Positions 29,703 to 38,380 of a DNA stretch of 64,000 nucleotides are shown in pieces (position 1 is the first letter of the stretch; each line of letters opens with the position of its first letter). The notes beneath the pieces were generated by a model, which saw nothing but the letters and a program-made list of their open reading frames with translations, was not told the origin of the DNA and searched no databases. A program made the translations under genes and the position numbers. Source of the DNA: Bacilli bacterium (GTDB lineage Bacteria; Bacillota_I; Bacilli_A; RF39; UBA660); assembly GCA_017435465.1 (NCBI GenBank), contig JAFSEX010000005.1:223982-287981 (forward strand), given 5' to 3'.

Positions 29703-29763
29703 AACATTGATTTTATAAAAATAAAATGATAGAATATTAAGACGTAGTCGGAGAGGTGTTAAT

Positions 29764-30192
29764 ATGAAAAAGTTTAAACGTTCCCTTCGTGGCTATAATA
29801 CAAAAGAAGTTAATGCTTTTGTAAATGAAGTTGTAAGCCAAGTTGAAATTATGGTTAATCAAATAAAAGAAAAAGATTTAAAAATACAAGCATTAAATGC
29901 AAATCTTTTAAAATATAAAAATATGGAAGAAACTCTAAATAAATCTATAGTTATGGCTCAAGAAACTTCAGAACAAATGAGAAGAATGGCGCGCATTGAA
30001 AGTGAAAATATTATTAGTGATGCAAAGAAAAACGCTAATAAGATTGTAAATGATGCATTAACTAGAGCTTCAAAAGTTGAAGCAGAAACTGCTGTTCTTA
30101 AGAAAAATATAAATATATTTAAAACAAGATTAAAAAATATTATTGAACAACAATTACAAATGGTTGATGATATGGATAATATAGATATTTAA
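29764..30192 (+). CDS. divIVA: DivIVA-domain protein
   Basis: N-terminal FKRSLRGYNTKEVNAFVNEV is the DivIVA motif, followed by a coiled coil. Same order (sepF...divIVA-ileS) as the B. subtilis ylm/divIVA region. Confidence 0.65.
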   Translation: MKKFKRSLRGYNTKEVNAFVNEVVSQVEIMVNQIKEKDLKIQALNANLLKYKNMEETLNKSIVMAQETSEQMRRMARIESENIISDAKKNANKIVNDALTRASKVEAETAVLKKNINIFKTRLKNIIEQQLQMVDDMDNIDI

Positions 30193-30199
30193 AACAAAT

Positions 30200-30413
30200 G
30201 ATAGAGACGGTATTTTAATTTAATTTAAGCGAGTAGGGATTTTGGTGTAAGCCTATAATATAAATTAAAATATAGATCACTCTTGATGTGTCTTTCTGAT
30301 ATTAGGAAAGAACCTTATACTAGGTTACAAGTATCTAAGTGTATGATAATAATCATAAACTAAGGTGGTACCGCGGGAAAATCTCGTCCTTAAATTTTTA
30401 AGGACGTTTTTTT
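30200..30413 (+). ncRNA. T-box riboswitch leader (probably Ile-specific), ending in an intrinsic terminator
   Basis: Conserved T-box sequence AAGGTGGTACCGCGGG at 30362-30377. Terminator CGTCCTTAA/TTAAGGACG plus T7 at 30385-30413. Upstream AGAGA and AGTAGGGA (AG-box) elements. A candidate specifier ATC followed by A is at 30286-30289. Confidence 0.7.
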
Positions 30414-30433
30414 ATATAGTAAAGGAGGTAGTT

Positions 30434-31390
30434 ATGACAATTTTTATAAATATTTTAATACTAATAATTGGATTTGTTTTTCTGATTAAAGGTGCAGATA
30501 TATTTGTTGATGGTGCATCTTCAACAGCAAGAAACTTTAATTTATCTAAAATGTTGATAGGTCTTACCATTGTAGCATTTGGTACAAGTGCGCCAGAATT
30601 TGCAGTATCTTTAAAAGCGATGATTAGTGGAAGCAAAGATATGGTATTAGGAAATGTAATAGGCAGTAATATATTAAATATTTTATTAATTTTAGGAATA
30701 TGTAGTATTATTAATCCATTAAGAGTTAAAAGCAATACTGTAAAAAAAGAATTACCAATAACACTTATGATTACAGTATTACTTGCAGTATTATTTGTAG
30801 ATAATTTATTTGATGTCAATGTGGTAAATCAAATAAGTCGTAATGATGGAATCGCAATATTATTATTCTTCATGATTTTTATTTATTACCTATTTTCAAT
30901 TATGCGAAATAAAGTTGATGAAGATGAAGAAGAACCACCAAAATATTCAATGATAAAATCAATAATTTTTACAATACTAGGAATTGTTGCTGTAATAATA
31001 GGAAGTGAATTAGTTGTAACTAGTGCAACAACACTTGCTAAAAGTTTTGGAGTGAGTGAAAGAATTATATCACTTACAATAGTGGCGTTTGGTACATCTT
31101 TACCTGAACTTGTTACATCTATTATTGCTACAATAAAACGTGAACAAGATATTTCAGTTGGAAATATAATTGGAAGTAATATATTTAATATTGGTATTGT
31201 TTTAGGTTTACCAGTTGCACTATTTGGTGGAATAATTCCTATAGAATTTAGTTATCTAGATATTGTGGGATTAATTGTTTCAGCACTATTATTATTTATA
31301 TTTGCTGGAACAGGATATAAAGTTACTAAAAAAGAAGGTTTAGCAATGCTTGTAACTTTTATAATATATTATACATGTATTTTAATTTAG
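30434..31390 (+). CDS. CaCA-family cation/Ca2+ antiporter (YrbG-like)
   Basis: Two alpha-repeat signatures, FGTSAPEFAVSL and FGTSLPELVTSI. About 10 TM segments. The ORF-track start at 30365 lies inside the T-box, so the ATG at 30434 was used. Confidence 0.7.
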   Translation: MTIFINILILIIGFVFLIKGADIFVDGASSTARNFNLSKMLIGLTIVAFGTSAPEFAVSLKAMISGSKDMVLGNVIGSNILNILLILGICSIINPLRVKSNTVKKELPITLMITVLLAVLFVDNLFDVNVVNQISRNDGIAILLFFMIFIYYLFSIMRNKVDEDEEEPPKYSMIKSIIFTILGIVAVIIGSELVVTSATTLAKSFGVSERIISLTIVAFGTSLPELVTSIIATIKREQDISVGNIIGSNIFNIGIVLGLPVALFGGIIPIEFSYLDIVGLIVSALLLFIFAGTGYKVTKKEGLAMLVTFIIYYTCILI

Positions 31391-31402
31391 GAGGGATTAG
31401 GG

Positions 31403-31735
31403 ATGAAAAAGAAAAAACAATTAAATGTTACAAAACAAAATATGAGGGAATATGGCTTTACCGATGGATATTCAGGTAGAAAATCACAAGAAAATGAATG
31501 GATAAGAAGATTGGTTAAAAGAAAAATGAATACAACAGTAATTAAAGAATATATCGAATCATATAGGACTGGATACAAAGTTGGACAATATACTTTAAAC
31601 GGTTTAGATAATACTAAAATTAAAGATGGTGAAGTATATTATAATAATCAATTAATTAATGAAAAAGTTGGTGATAATGAAATAAATCAAAAAATAAAAT
31701 CATTAACACCGAAAAAAAAGAAAGAAGGAAAATAA
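31403..31735 (+). CDS. Hypothetical basic protein
   Basis: 110-aa K-rich ORF tightly packed between the antiporter and ileS. Confidence 0.45.
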   Translation: MKKKKQLNVTKQNMREYGFTDGYSGRKSQENEWIRRLVKRKMNTTVIKEYIESYRTGYKVGQYTLNGLDNTKIKDGEVYYNNQLINEKVGDNEINQKIKSLTPKKKKEGK

Positions 31736-31737
31736 TT

Positions 31738-34440
31738 ATGGATTATAAAGATACATTATTAATGCCTCAAACCGATTTTCAAATGAGGGGTAATTTACCA
31801 GAAAATGAAAAATTACAAAGACAAAAATGGGATGAAATGGATTTATATTCAAAAGTAAAAGAAAAGAATAAAGGAAAAACACCATTTGTATTACATGATG
31901 GGCCACCTTATGCGAATGGAAACATCCATATTGGTCATGCAATGAATAAAATTTTAAAAGATTTTGTTAATAGATATAAGATGATGAGTGGATATGATAT
32001 AACATTTATTCCAGGATGGGATACTCATGGACTTCCTATTGAACAAGCAGTTACTAATAGTGGTGTAGATAGAAAAAGTATGAGTAAATCTGATTTTAGA
32101 ACACTATGTGAAAAATATGCTTATGAACAAATTGCTAAACAAGATGCTGGATTTAAAGAATTAAATGTTATCGCAGATTGGGATAATCCTTATATAACTC
32201 TTAAAAAAGAAATGGAAGCAAGACAAGTTGAAGTATTTGCGGAAATGGCTAAAAAAGGATTAATCTTTAAGGGATTAAAACCAGTTTATTGGAGTCCATC
32301 TAGTGAATCTGCACTTGCTGAAGCAGAAATTGAATATAAAGATAGAAAAGATCCATCTATATTTGTTGCTTTCCCAGTATCAAAAGGAAATGACAAAGTT
32401 AATGTTGGAGAAAACTTAGTTATATGGACTACAACTCCATGGACTCTACCTGGTAACTTAGGTATTGCAGTAGGTGAAAACTTTGACTATGCTAAAGTAG
32501 AGGTTGATGGAAAAATATATATTATGGCTAATGATTTAGTTGAATCTCTAGCTTTAGAATTCAATTGGGAAGACTATAAAATAGTTGAAACTATTCCTGG
32601 AACATCATTTGAGGATGTAGAATATCAACATATATTTATGGATAGAACTTCTCCAGTTGTGATTGGATTTCATGTTACACTAGATGCAGGAACTGGTTTA
32701 GTACATATTGCTCCTGGATATGGTGCAGATGACTTCATTATTGGTAAACAATATGATTTAGGTTTAATCAATGGAGTTAATGATCAAGGTTACTTAACTT
32801 TAGAATCCGGTGAATTTGAAGGATTATTCTTTGAAGATGCTAATAAGGCAATTACACAAAAACTTGATGAACTGGGTGTATTATTAAAATTAAAATTTAT
32901 TAAACACTCTTATCCACATGATTGGAGAACAAAAAAACCAATTATATTTAGAGCAACACCACAATGGTTCTGTAGTATTGATAAAATTAAAGACACATTG
33001 TTAAATGAAATTGAAAATAATATTAAATTCCATACACCATGGGGAAAGAAAAGATTATATAACATGATCAAAGATCGTGGTGATTGGTGTATTTCAAGAC
33101 AAAGAGTTTGGGGAGTTCCAATTCCAATATTCTACAATGAAGATGGTAGTGAAATATTAGATTATGATGTAATGATGCATGTCGCAAATCTATTTAGAGA
33201 ACATGGTTCAAATATTTGGTTTGAGAAAAATGCCAAAGATTTACTTCCAGAAGGGTATACAAATGAAGCTAGTCCAAATGGAAACTTCACAAAAGAAGAA
33301 GACATTATGGATGTTTGGTTTGATTCTGGTTCTACTCATACAGGAGTATTAGTTGAAAGAGGACTAGAATACCCAGCTCATATGTATTTAGAAGGTTCAG
33401 ATCAATATAGAGGTTGGTTTAACTCATCATTAATTACTGGGGTAGCCGTATATGGAAAAGCACCATATAAAGAATTAGTATCTCATGGATTTGTACTTGA
33501 TGGACAGGGAAATAAAATGTCTAAAAGTTTAGGAAATACTGTTTCACCAGCTGATATGGTTAGATTACATGGTTCAGATATATTAAGATGGTGGGTTGCT
33601 TCAACTGATTATACAGAAGATATTAAAATTGGTGATGAATTAATTAAACAAGTTAAAGAAACATATAGAAAAATAAGAAATACTTATAAATTTATGTTAG
33701 GTAATTTAAAAGATTTTAATCCTGAAACTGATTCAATAAAATATGAAGATATGTCATTATATGATAAATATATGATGAATAAATTAAATGAATTTACTAA
33801 TGATATATTAAATGCATATAATGAATATAATTTCTCTGAAGTATATAAATTAACAAATAATTTTGTTTCAACAACATTATCTAGTTTCTATTTTGATTTT
33901 ACTAAAGATATATTATATATTGAAGCAAAAGATTCATTATTAAGAAAAAGTGTTCAAACAGTTATTTATAATATTTTAAGTAATGAAATTAGTCTTCTTG
34001 CACCATTATTACCATATACAAGTGAAGAAGTTTATAATCTATTACCTGGTAAAAAAGAGTTAAGTGTTCACTTAACAGATATGCCAGAAGTTATTGAATA
34101 TTCTGACAGTAAAGAATTAGATGAATTATTTGACTTGTTCTTTGATTTCAAAGAAGTTGTTTATAAAAAACTTGAAGATATACGTAATGAAAAAGTTATA
34201 GGATCAAGTCTTGAAGCTGAAATTAAAGTAAGTACTAATGATAAATATAATTTATTAAATGAAAAATTAGGTGATTGTTTACATCAATTATTAGTTGTTT
34301 CAAAAGTTATATTTACAGAAAACAATAAAGAAATTGAAGTTTCAAAAAGTAATGGTGAAAAATGTGATAGATGTTGGAATTATGTAGATGAACTTCATGA
34401 TGGAATTTGTAATAGATGTAATAGTGTAGTAAATAAATAA
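31738..34440 (+). CDS. ileS: Isoleucyl-tRNA synthetase
   Basis: HIGH motif (PYANGNIHIGHA), KMSKS, and C-terminal zinc-finger Cys pairs (CDRCWNY...CNRC). 900 aa. Confidence 0.92.
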   Translation: MDYKDTLLMPQTDFQMRGNLPENEKLQRQKWDEMDLYSKVKEKNKGKTPFVLHDGPPYANGNIHIGHAMNKILKDFVNRYKMMSGYDITFIPGWDTHGLPIEQAVTNSGVDRKSMSKSDFRTLCEKYAYEQIAKQDAGFKELNVIADWDNPYITLKKEMEARQVEVFAEMAKKGLIFKGLKPVYWSPSSESALAEAEIEYKDRKDPSIFVAFPVSKGNDKVNVGENLVIWTTTPWTLPGNLGIAVGENFDYAKVEVDGKIYIMANDLVESLALEFNWEDYKIVETIPGTSFEDVEYQHIFMDRTSPVVIGFHVTLDAGTGLVHIAPGYGADDFIIGKQYDLGLINGVNDQGYLTLESGEFEGLFFEDANKAITQKLDELGVLLKLKFIKHSYPHDWRTKKPIIFRATPQWFCSIDKIKDTLLNEIENNIKFHTPWGKKRLYNMIKDRGDWCISRQRVWGVPIPIFYNEDGSEILDYDVMMHVANLFREHGSNIWFEKNAKDLLPEGYTNEASPNGNFTKEEDIMDVWFDSGSTHTGVLVERGLEYPAHMYLEGSDQYRGWFNSSLITGVAVYGKAPYKELVSHGFVLDGQGNKMSKSLGNTVSPADMVRLHGSDILRWWVASTDYTEDIKIGDELIKQVKETYRKIRNTYKFMLGNLKDFNPETDSIKYEDMSLYDKYMMNKLNEFTNDILNAYNEYNFSEVYKLTNNFVSTTLSSFYFDFTKDILYIEAKDSLLRKSVQTVIYNILSNEISLLAPLLPYTSEEVYNLLPGKKELSVHLTDMPEVIEYSDSKELDELFDLFFDFKEVVYKKLEDIRNEKVIGSSLEAEIKVSTNDKYNLLNEKLGDCLHQLLVVSKVIFTENNKEIEVSKSNGEKCDRCWNYVDELHDGICNRCNSVVNK

Positions 34441-34444
34441 TTTA

Positions 34445-34478
34445 ACGGGTTTTAATAAACCCGTTTCCTTTTTAGTGT
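34445..34478 (+). terminator. Terminator after ileS
   Basis: AACGGGTTT-taat-AAACCCGTT hairpin followed by a T-run. Confidence 0.6.
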
Positions 34479-34496
34479 TAAGTTATATATTATACT

Positions 34497-35369
34497 GTGG
34501 AGGTAAGTATGTTTAAAAATGAAGGAATAAAAATTTCTATAATGAGTATTATTATAAATGTTATTTTATCAGTTTTTAAATTTATTGCGGGTGTTATTGG
34601 TAAATCTAGTGCGATGATTAGTGATTCTGTTCATTCTTTATCTGATATAATTAGTACAATAGTTGTAATAATAGGAATTAATATATCAAATAAACAAAGT
34701 GACGATTCACATCAATATGGACATGAACGATTTGAAGCTGTTTCTGCTTTAATTTTATCAATGATACTTTTATTTACTGGAATATTTATTGGATATGATG
34801 GAATAGTAAAAATAATTTCAGGTACTGATCTTGAAATTCCAACAACAATTGCTCTTATTGCGGCAATTATATCTATTGTTGTAAAAGAAGTTATGTATTG
34901 GATAACTAGAAAGGTTGCTAAAAAAACTAATTCTAGTGCATTAATGGCTGATGCATGGCATCATAGAAGTGATGCATTATCTTCAATAGGTAGTTTAATT
35001 GGAATTGTATTCTCTATTCTTGGCTTTCCAATATTAGATAAAATAGCATCCCTAATAATATGTTTATTTATTCTTAAAGTGGGATATGATATTTTAAAAG
35101 ATTCAATTTATAAATTGGTTGATAAATCTTGTGATGAAAAATTAATAACAGAAATGAAAGAATTGATTCTAAAAACTGAAGGAGTCTTAGAACTTGATTT
35201 GATTAGAACAAGACTGTTTGGAAATAAAATATTTGTTGATGTAGAAATAAGCGCAGATAAAAATTTAACTTTAGAAATGTCACATAAAATAGCTGATAAT
35301 ATTCATGATGAAATAGAAGAAAAATTTCAAAATGTTAAACATTGTATGGTACATGTTAATCCAAAATAG
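34497..35369 (+). CDS. Cation diffusion facilitator (CDF) family metal efflux transporter
   Basis: Six TM segments, HSLSD in TM2, and a C-terminal cytoplasmic domain typical of CzcD/YeaB-like CDF proteins. Confidence 0.7.
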   Translation: MEVSMFKNEGIKISIMSIIINVILSVFKFIAGVIGKSSAMISDSVHSLSDIISTIVVIIGINISNKQSDDSHQYGHERFEAVSALILSMILLFTGIFIGYDGIVKIISGTDLEIPTTIALIAAIISIVVKEVMYWITRKVAKKTNSSALMADAWHHRSDALSSIGSLIGIVFSILGFPILDKIASLIICLFILKVGYDILKDSIYKLVDKSCDEKLITEMKELILKTEGVLELDLIRTRLFGNKIFVDVEISADKNLTLEMSHKIADNIHDEIEEKFQNVKHCMVHVNPK

Positions 35370-35481
35370 TAAAAAAGTATGAAAATCATTGATTTTTTCA
35401 TACTTTTTTATATAAATTTCAAAAAAAAATTGCAATTTCTAAAAAAAATGTTAAAATATAGGTGTAAAGGGAGTGGTTTAA

Positions 35482-36864
35482 ATGGTTAAAAATAAAAAAA
35501 GTTTTTTTAACTCAGATTCAATTGGTGTACTACTTTTAGTATCATTGACTGTTTTTGCGGGTTACATGGGGTGTAGTCAAAGATTTTTAAGTGATATACA
35601 AGAAGAAAAAGTAACAACAAATAGTAAAAATTATAATAGAAGTAGTTATAGTGATTATGATTATGATAACGATGATGATGAATACTATAATAATTATGAA
35701 GATTATTATTGGAATTATAATGATTATGATGACTATTATTATGATGATACATATTCTTATAATCAAAATTACGATGATTATGGTTATAGTTATACAGGAT
35801 ATAAGAATTATGATGATGAAGGATATTATGATTATGATTATAACTATTATAGAGACACTAACAAACCATCAATTCGTATTAGTGCATTTAATGTAATTTA
35901 TCAATATGAAAGCTTTGATCCATGGGAAGGTATAAGTGCTAGTCATTCAAAATTTGGAGATGTAACAGATATAATTGAAATTGTTCATAATGATCTAGAT
36001 ATTAATATTCCTGGTCAATATTCAATTGTATACAAAGCATGTAATTATCCTGGTTCTATTTATTGTAGAACATTAACTAGACAAATTACAGTTAAACAAA
36101 AAGAAGATCCAAATTACTATAATACAAAAGCACCCGTATGGGAAAAAGTAAAGGACAAATCTTGTTCAGTAGGAAGTACAAGTTGTAGATCAAATAAAAT
36201 TGCAGAACCAACTGCAACTGATCCATACTCAAAAAGATCACTTGATGTAACTTTAATAGAAGGTAATGTTGATATTTACACACCGGGAACTTATGTTTTA
36301 GTATATTATGCAGAAACAGAAAATGGTATAAGTGGAACAATTACAAGAATAGTAACAATAGAAGATACAAATAACAATTATGACGACGACTATGATGATT
36401 ATTATGATAATGATTATCAACAAAGAAAATATATAGATAATCATTATTCAGAATACTATGATGATGGAACATATCGTGGTACATTAAATCCAGATTACAG
36501 TTATAATCAAATAAGTAAATATATTCAAGATTATAAATGGACTAATAAAGTTTATTATACTTATAAATGTAGTAACTTAAATGGTTATGGAATCAATGGA
36601 TGGGAATATATTTCAACAGATACATCTGATGACCACCCAACTTATGAATATAATATTGGAAATTTTAGTGGTACGTTAGAAAAAGATGATTTTTATTGTG
36701 TTCCAGGTCAAGGTTGTGAAGAAGATGTAAATAGACAACTTGGTACTTGTAGTAATCTTGGTGAAACAAAACAAATTACAAGAACTTGGGTAGGGATTTA
36801 TTCAGGATATGTATATACAAATGAAGAAGAAACATACTCTGGATATGTATATAGATATAGATAG
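35482..36864 (+). CDS. Secreted/lipoprotein-like protein with extreme Tyr/Asp/Asn low-complexity regions and two Ig-like (DUF5011-type) domains
   Basis: Signal peptide ending AGYMGCSQ. Runs such as YDYDNDDDEYYNNYEDYYWNYNDYDDYYYDD. Two segments ending ...PGQYSIVYKA.../...PGTYVLVYYAETENG...RIVTIED match the DUF5011 pattern. Confidence 0.5.
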   Translation: MVKNKKSFFNSDSIGVLLLVSLTVFAGYMGCSQRFLSDIQEEKVTTNSKNYNRSSYSDYDYDNDDDEYYNNYEDYYWNYNDYDDYYYDDTYSYNQNYDDYGYSYTGYKNYDDEGYYDYDYNYYRDTNKPSIRISAFNVIYQYESFDPWEGISASHSKFGDVTDIIEIVHNDLDINIPGQYSIVYKACNYPGSIYCRTLTRQITVKQKEDPNYYNTKAPVWEKVKDKSCSVGSTSCRSNKIAEPTATDPYSKRSLDVTLIEGNVDIYTPGTYVLVYYAETENGISGTITRIVTIEDTNNNYDDDYDDYYDNDYQQRKYIDNHYSEYYDDGTYRGTLNPDYSYNQISKYIQDYKWTNKVYYTYKCSNLNGYGINGWEYISTDTSDDHPTYEYNIGNFSGTLEKDDFYCVPGQGCEEDVNRQLGTCSNLGETKQITRTWVGIYSGYVYTNEEETYSGYVYRYR

Positions 36865-36865
36865 A

Positions 36866-36905
36866 ATTATTCTAAAAACGGAAAGAAAAATTAAAATTTT
36901 TCTTT
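36866..36905 (+). terminator. Terminator after the 35482 gene
   Basis: GGAAAGAAAAA-ttaaaa-TTTTTCTTTCC hairpin followed by T7. Confidence 0.6.
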
Positions 36906-36939
36906 CCATTTTTTTGTATTCCAATTTTTTCCAAATTTC

Positions 36940-37020
36940 TAAAACTGTTGATAGAAAAATCTTGACTCGGGGGGGGAATGTTATATACTTATTATGATAA
37001 TTGTGGATAATTATCAAAAA
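36940..37020 (+). promoter_or_regulatory. Conserved upstream element copy 1: TTGACT, a G8 tract in the spacer, TATACT, and the palindrome GATAATTATC
   Basis: TTGACT 36962-36967, G8 36969-36976, TATACT 36984-36989 (16-nt spacer), palindrome 37006-37015. About 80% identical to 49054-49140. Confidence 0.5.
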
Positions 37021-37115
37021 TTGTCATTTTTATAAATTATTAAAATAAAGGAGTGTGAAGTACAAGATTATAGTATTAAAAATATTGGTTGAATAGTATT
37101 ATAATGGAGGTAAAT

Positions 37116-38366
37116 ATGAGTAAGAAAGTAAAAATAGGATTAATAATAGGAATTATCTTTTGTATTACTATGATTGTTACAATTCTTTTGGTTTCAAATA
37201 ATAAATCATATACTATTAAATTTGATAGTAATGGTGGAACTGCAATTGAAAATCAAATAGTAAAAAAAGGTGATAAAATTGTTAAACCAATAGATCCAAC
37301 AAAAGATGGATATAAATTTGAAGGATGGTATTTATATGGGGATAAATACTATTTTGACAAAGAAGTAACAAAAAGTTTTAAACTAAAAGCAAAATGGATA
37401 AAGCAAGATGATGCAGAAAAAGTAACAATAACATTCGATACTAACGGTGGATCAAAAATAAGCAGTATTGAAATAACAAAAGGTGAAAAATTAAATAAGC
37501 CAGCTGATCCAACAAAAGATGGATATGTCTTTATTGAATGGCTATTAAACAATAATTCATTTAATTTTGATGTAGAAATAGTATCAGATATTAAATTAGT
37601 AGCAAGCTTTAAAAAATTAGAAGAAGATACATTTACAGTAACATTTGATTCAAAAGGTGGAAGTAGTGTTGCAACTCAAACAGTAAAAAAGGATGAAAAA
37701 TCATTAAAACCAGCTGATCCAACACGTGATGGATATAAATTTAATGGATGGTATTTAAATAATAAAAAATATGATTTTAATACAAAAATTACTGGCAATA
37801 TTACATTAATTGCAAAATGGACTTCAACACAAACAAATAATCAAACACAAAATAATACTCAAACTAATACGCAAAAACCTGCTGAAACTCCACAAACACC
37901 ACAAGTTGTAAAATATAATGTTGTTTTTCATAGTGATGGTGGAAGTGCTGTATCAACGCAAGTTGTAACTGCAGGGGCAAAAGCAACTAAACCAGAAAAT
38001 CCTACAAGAACAGGTTATAAATTTGTGGGTTGGATGTTAAATGGTGGAGCATATAATTTTAATACACCAGTAAATAATAACATAACACTTACTGCAGCTT
38101 GGGAGCTAATTCCTGTACCAGATGTATATACAGTTAAAATGGGATTAATTGATGGAGATGAAACATCAACAGAAAGAAAAGTAATTGTTTATAAAAATAA
38201 TATTGAAATAACTGCAAGTCAACTAATTAATCAAGATGGAAGAGTAATTGGTGGATATGTTTCATCACTAGGAGCAATAAGAGTAAATAAATCACAATAT
38301 GAAAGTGCAACAAGTTTGAAAGTAAAACTAAATGACGGAACAACAGTGAGTGCAAATAAGGGGTAG
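37116..38366 (+). CDS. Membrane-anchored surface protein with four Listeria-Bacteroides (Flg_new/InlB B-type) repeats
   Basis: Four repeats of the form (F/V)xSNGGxx(I/V)....V..G.K...P.DPT(K/R)DGY.F.GWY. N-terminal TM anchor. Confidence 0.65.
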   Translation: MSKKVKIGLIIGIIFCITMIVTILLVSNNKSYTIKFDSNGGTAIENQIVKKGDKIVKPIDPTKDGYKFEGWYLYGDKYYFDKEVTKSFKLKAKWIKQDDAEKVTITFDTNGGSKISSIEITKGEKLNKPADPTKDGYVFIEWLLNNNSFNFDVEIVSDIKLVASFKKLEEDTFTVTFDSKGGSSVATQTVKKDEKSLKPADPTRDGYKFNGWYLNNKKYDFNTKITGNITLIAKWTSTQTNNQTQNNTQTNTQKPAETPQTPQVVKYNVVFHSDGGSAVSTQVVTAGAKATKPENPTRTGYKFVGWMLNGGAYNFNTPVNNNITLTAAWELIPVPDVYTVKMGLIDGDETSTERKVIVYKNNIEITASQLINQDGRVIGGYVSSLGAIRVNKSQYESATSLKVKLNDGTTVSANKG

Positions 38367-38380
38367 AAAAGGAGTAAAAA

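Noticed and set aside
30365-30433. ORF-track start at 30365 for the antiporter gene
   Set aside because: It begins inside the T-box antiterminator/terminator sequence (GGTGGTACCGCGGG). The ATG at 30434 follows the terminator, has an AGGAGG RBS and starts the first TM helix.
35651-35896. 81-aa ORF MIMIMITMMMNTIIIM... and the minus-strand ORF 35507-35752
   Set aside because: Frame artefacts of the Tyr/Asp/Asn repeat-coding region of gene 35482-36864.
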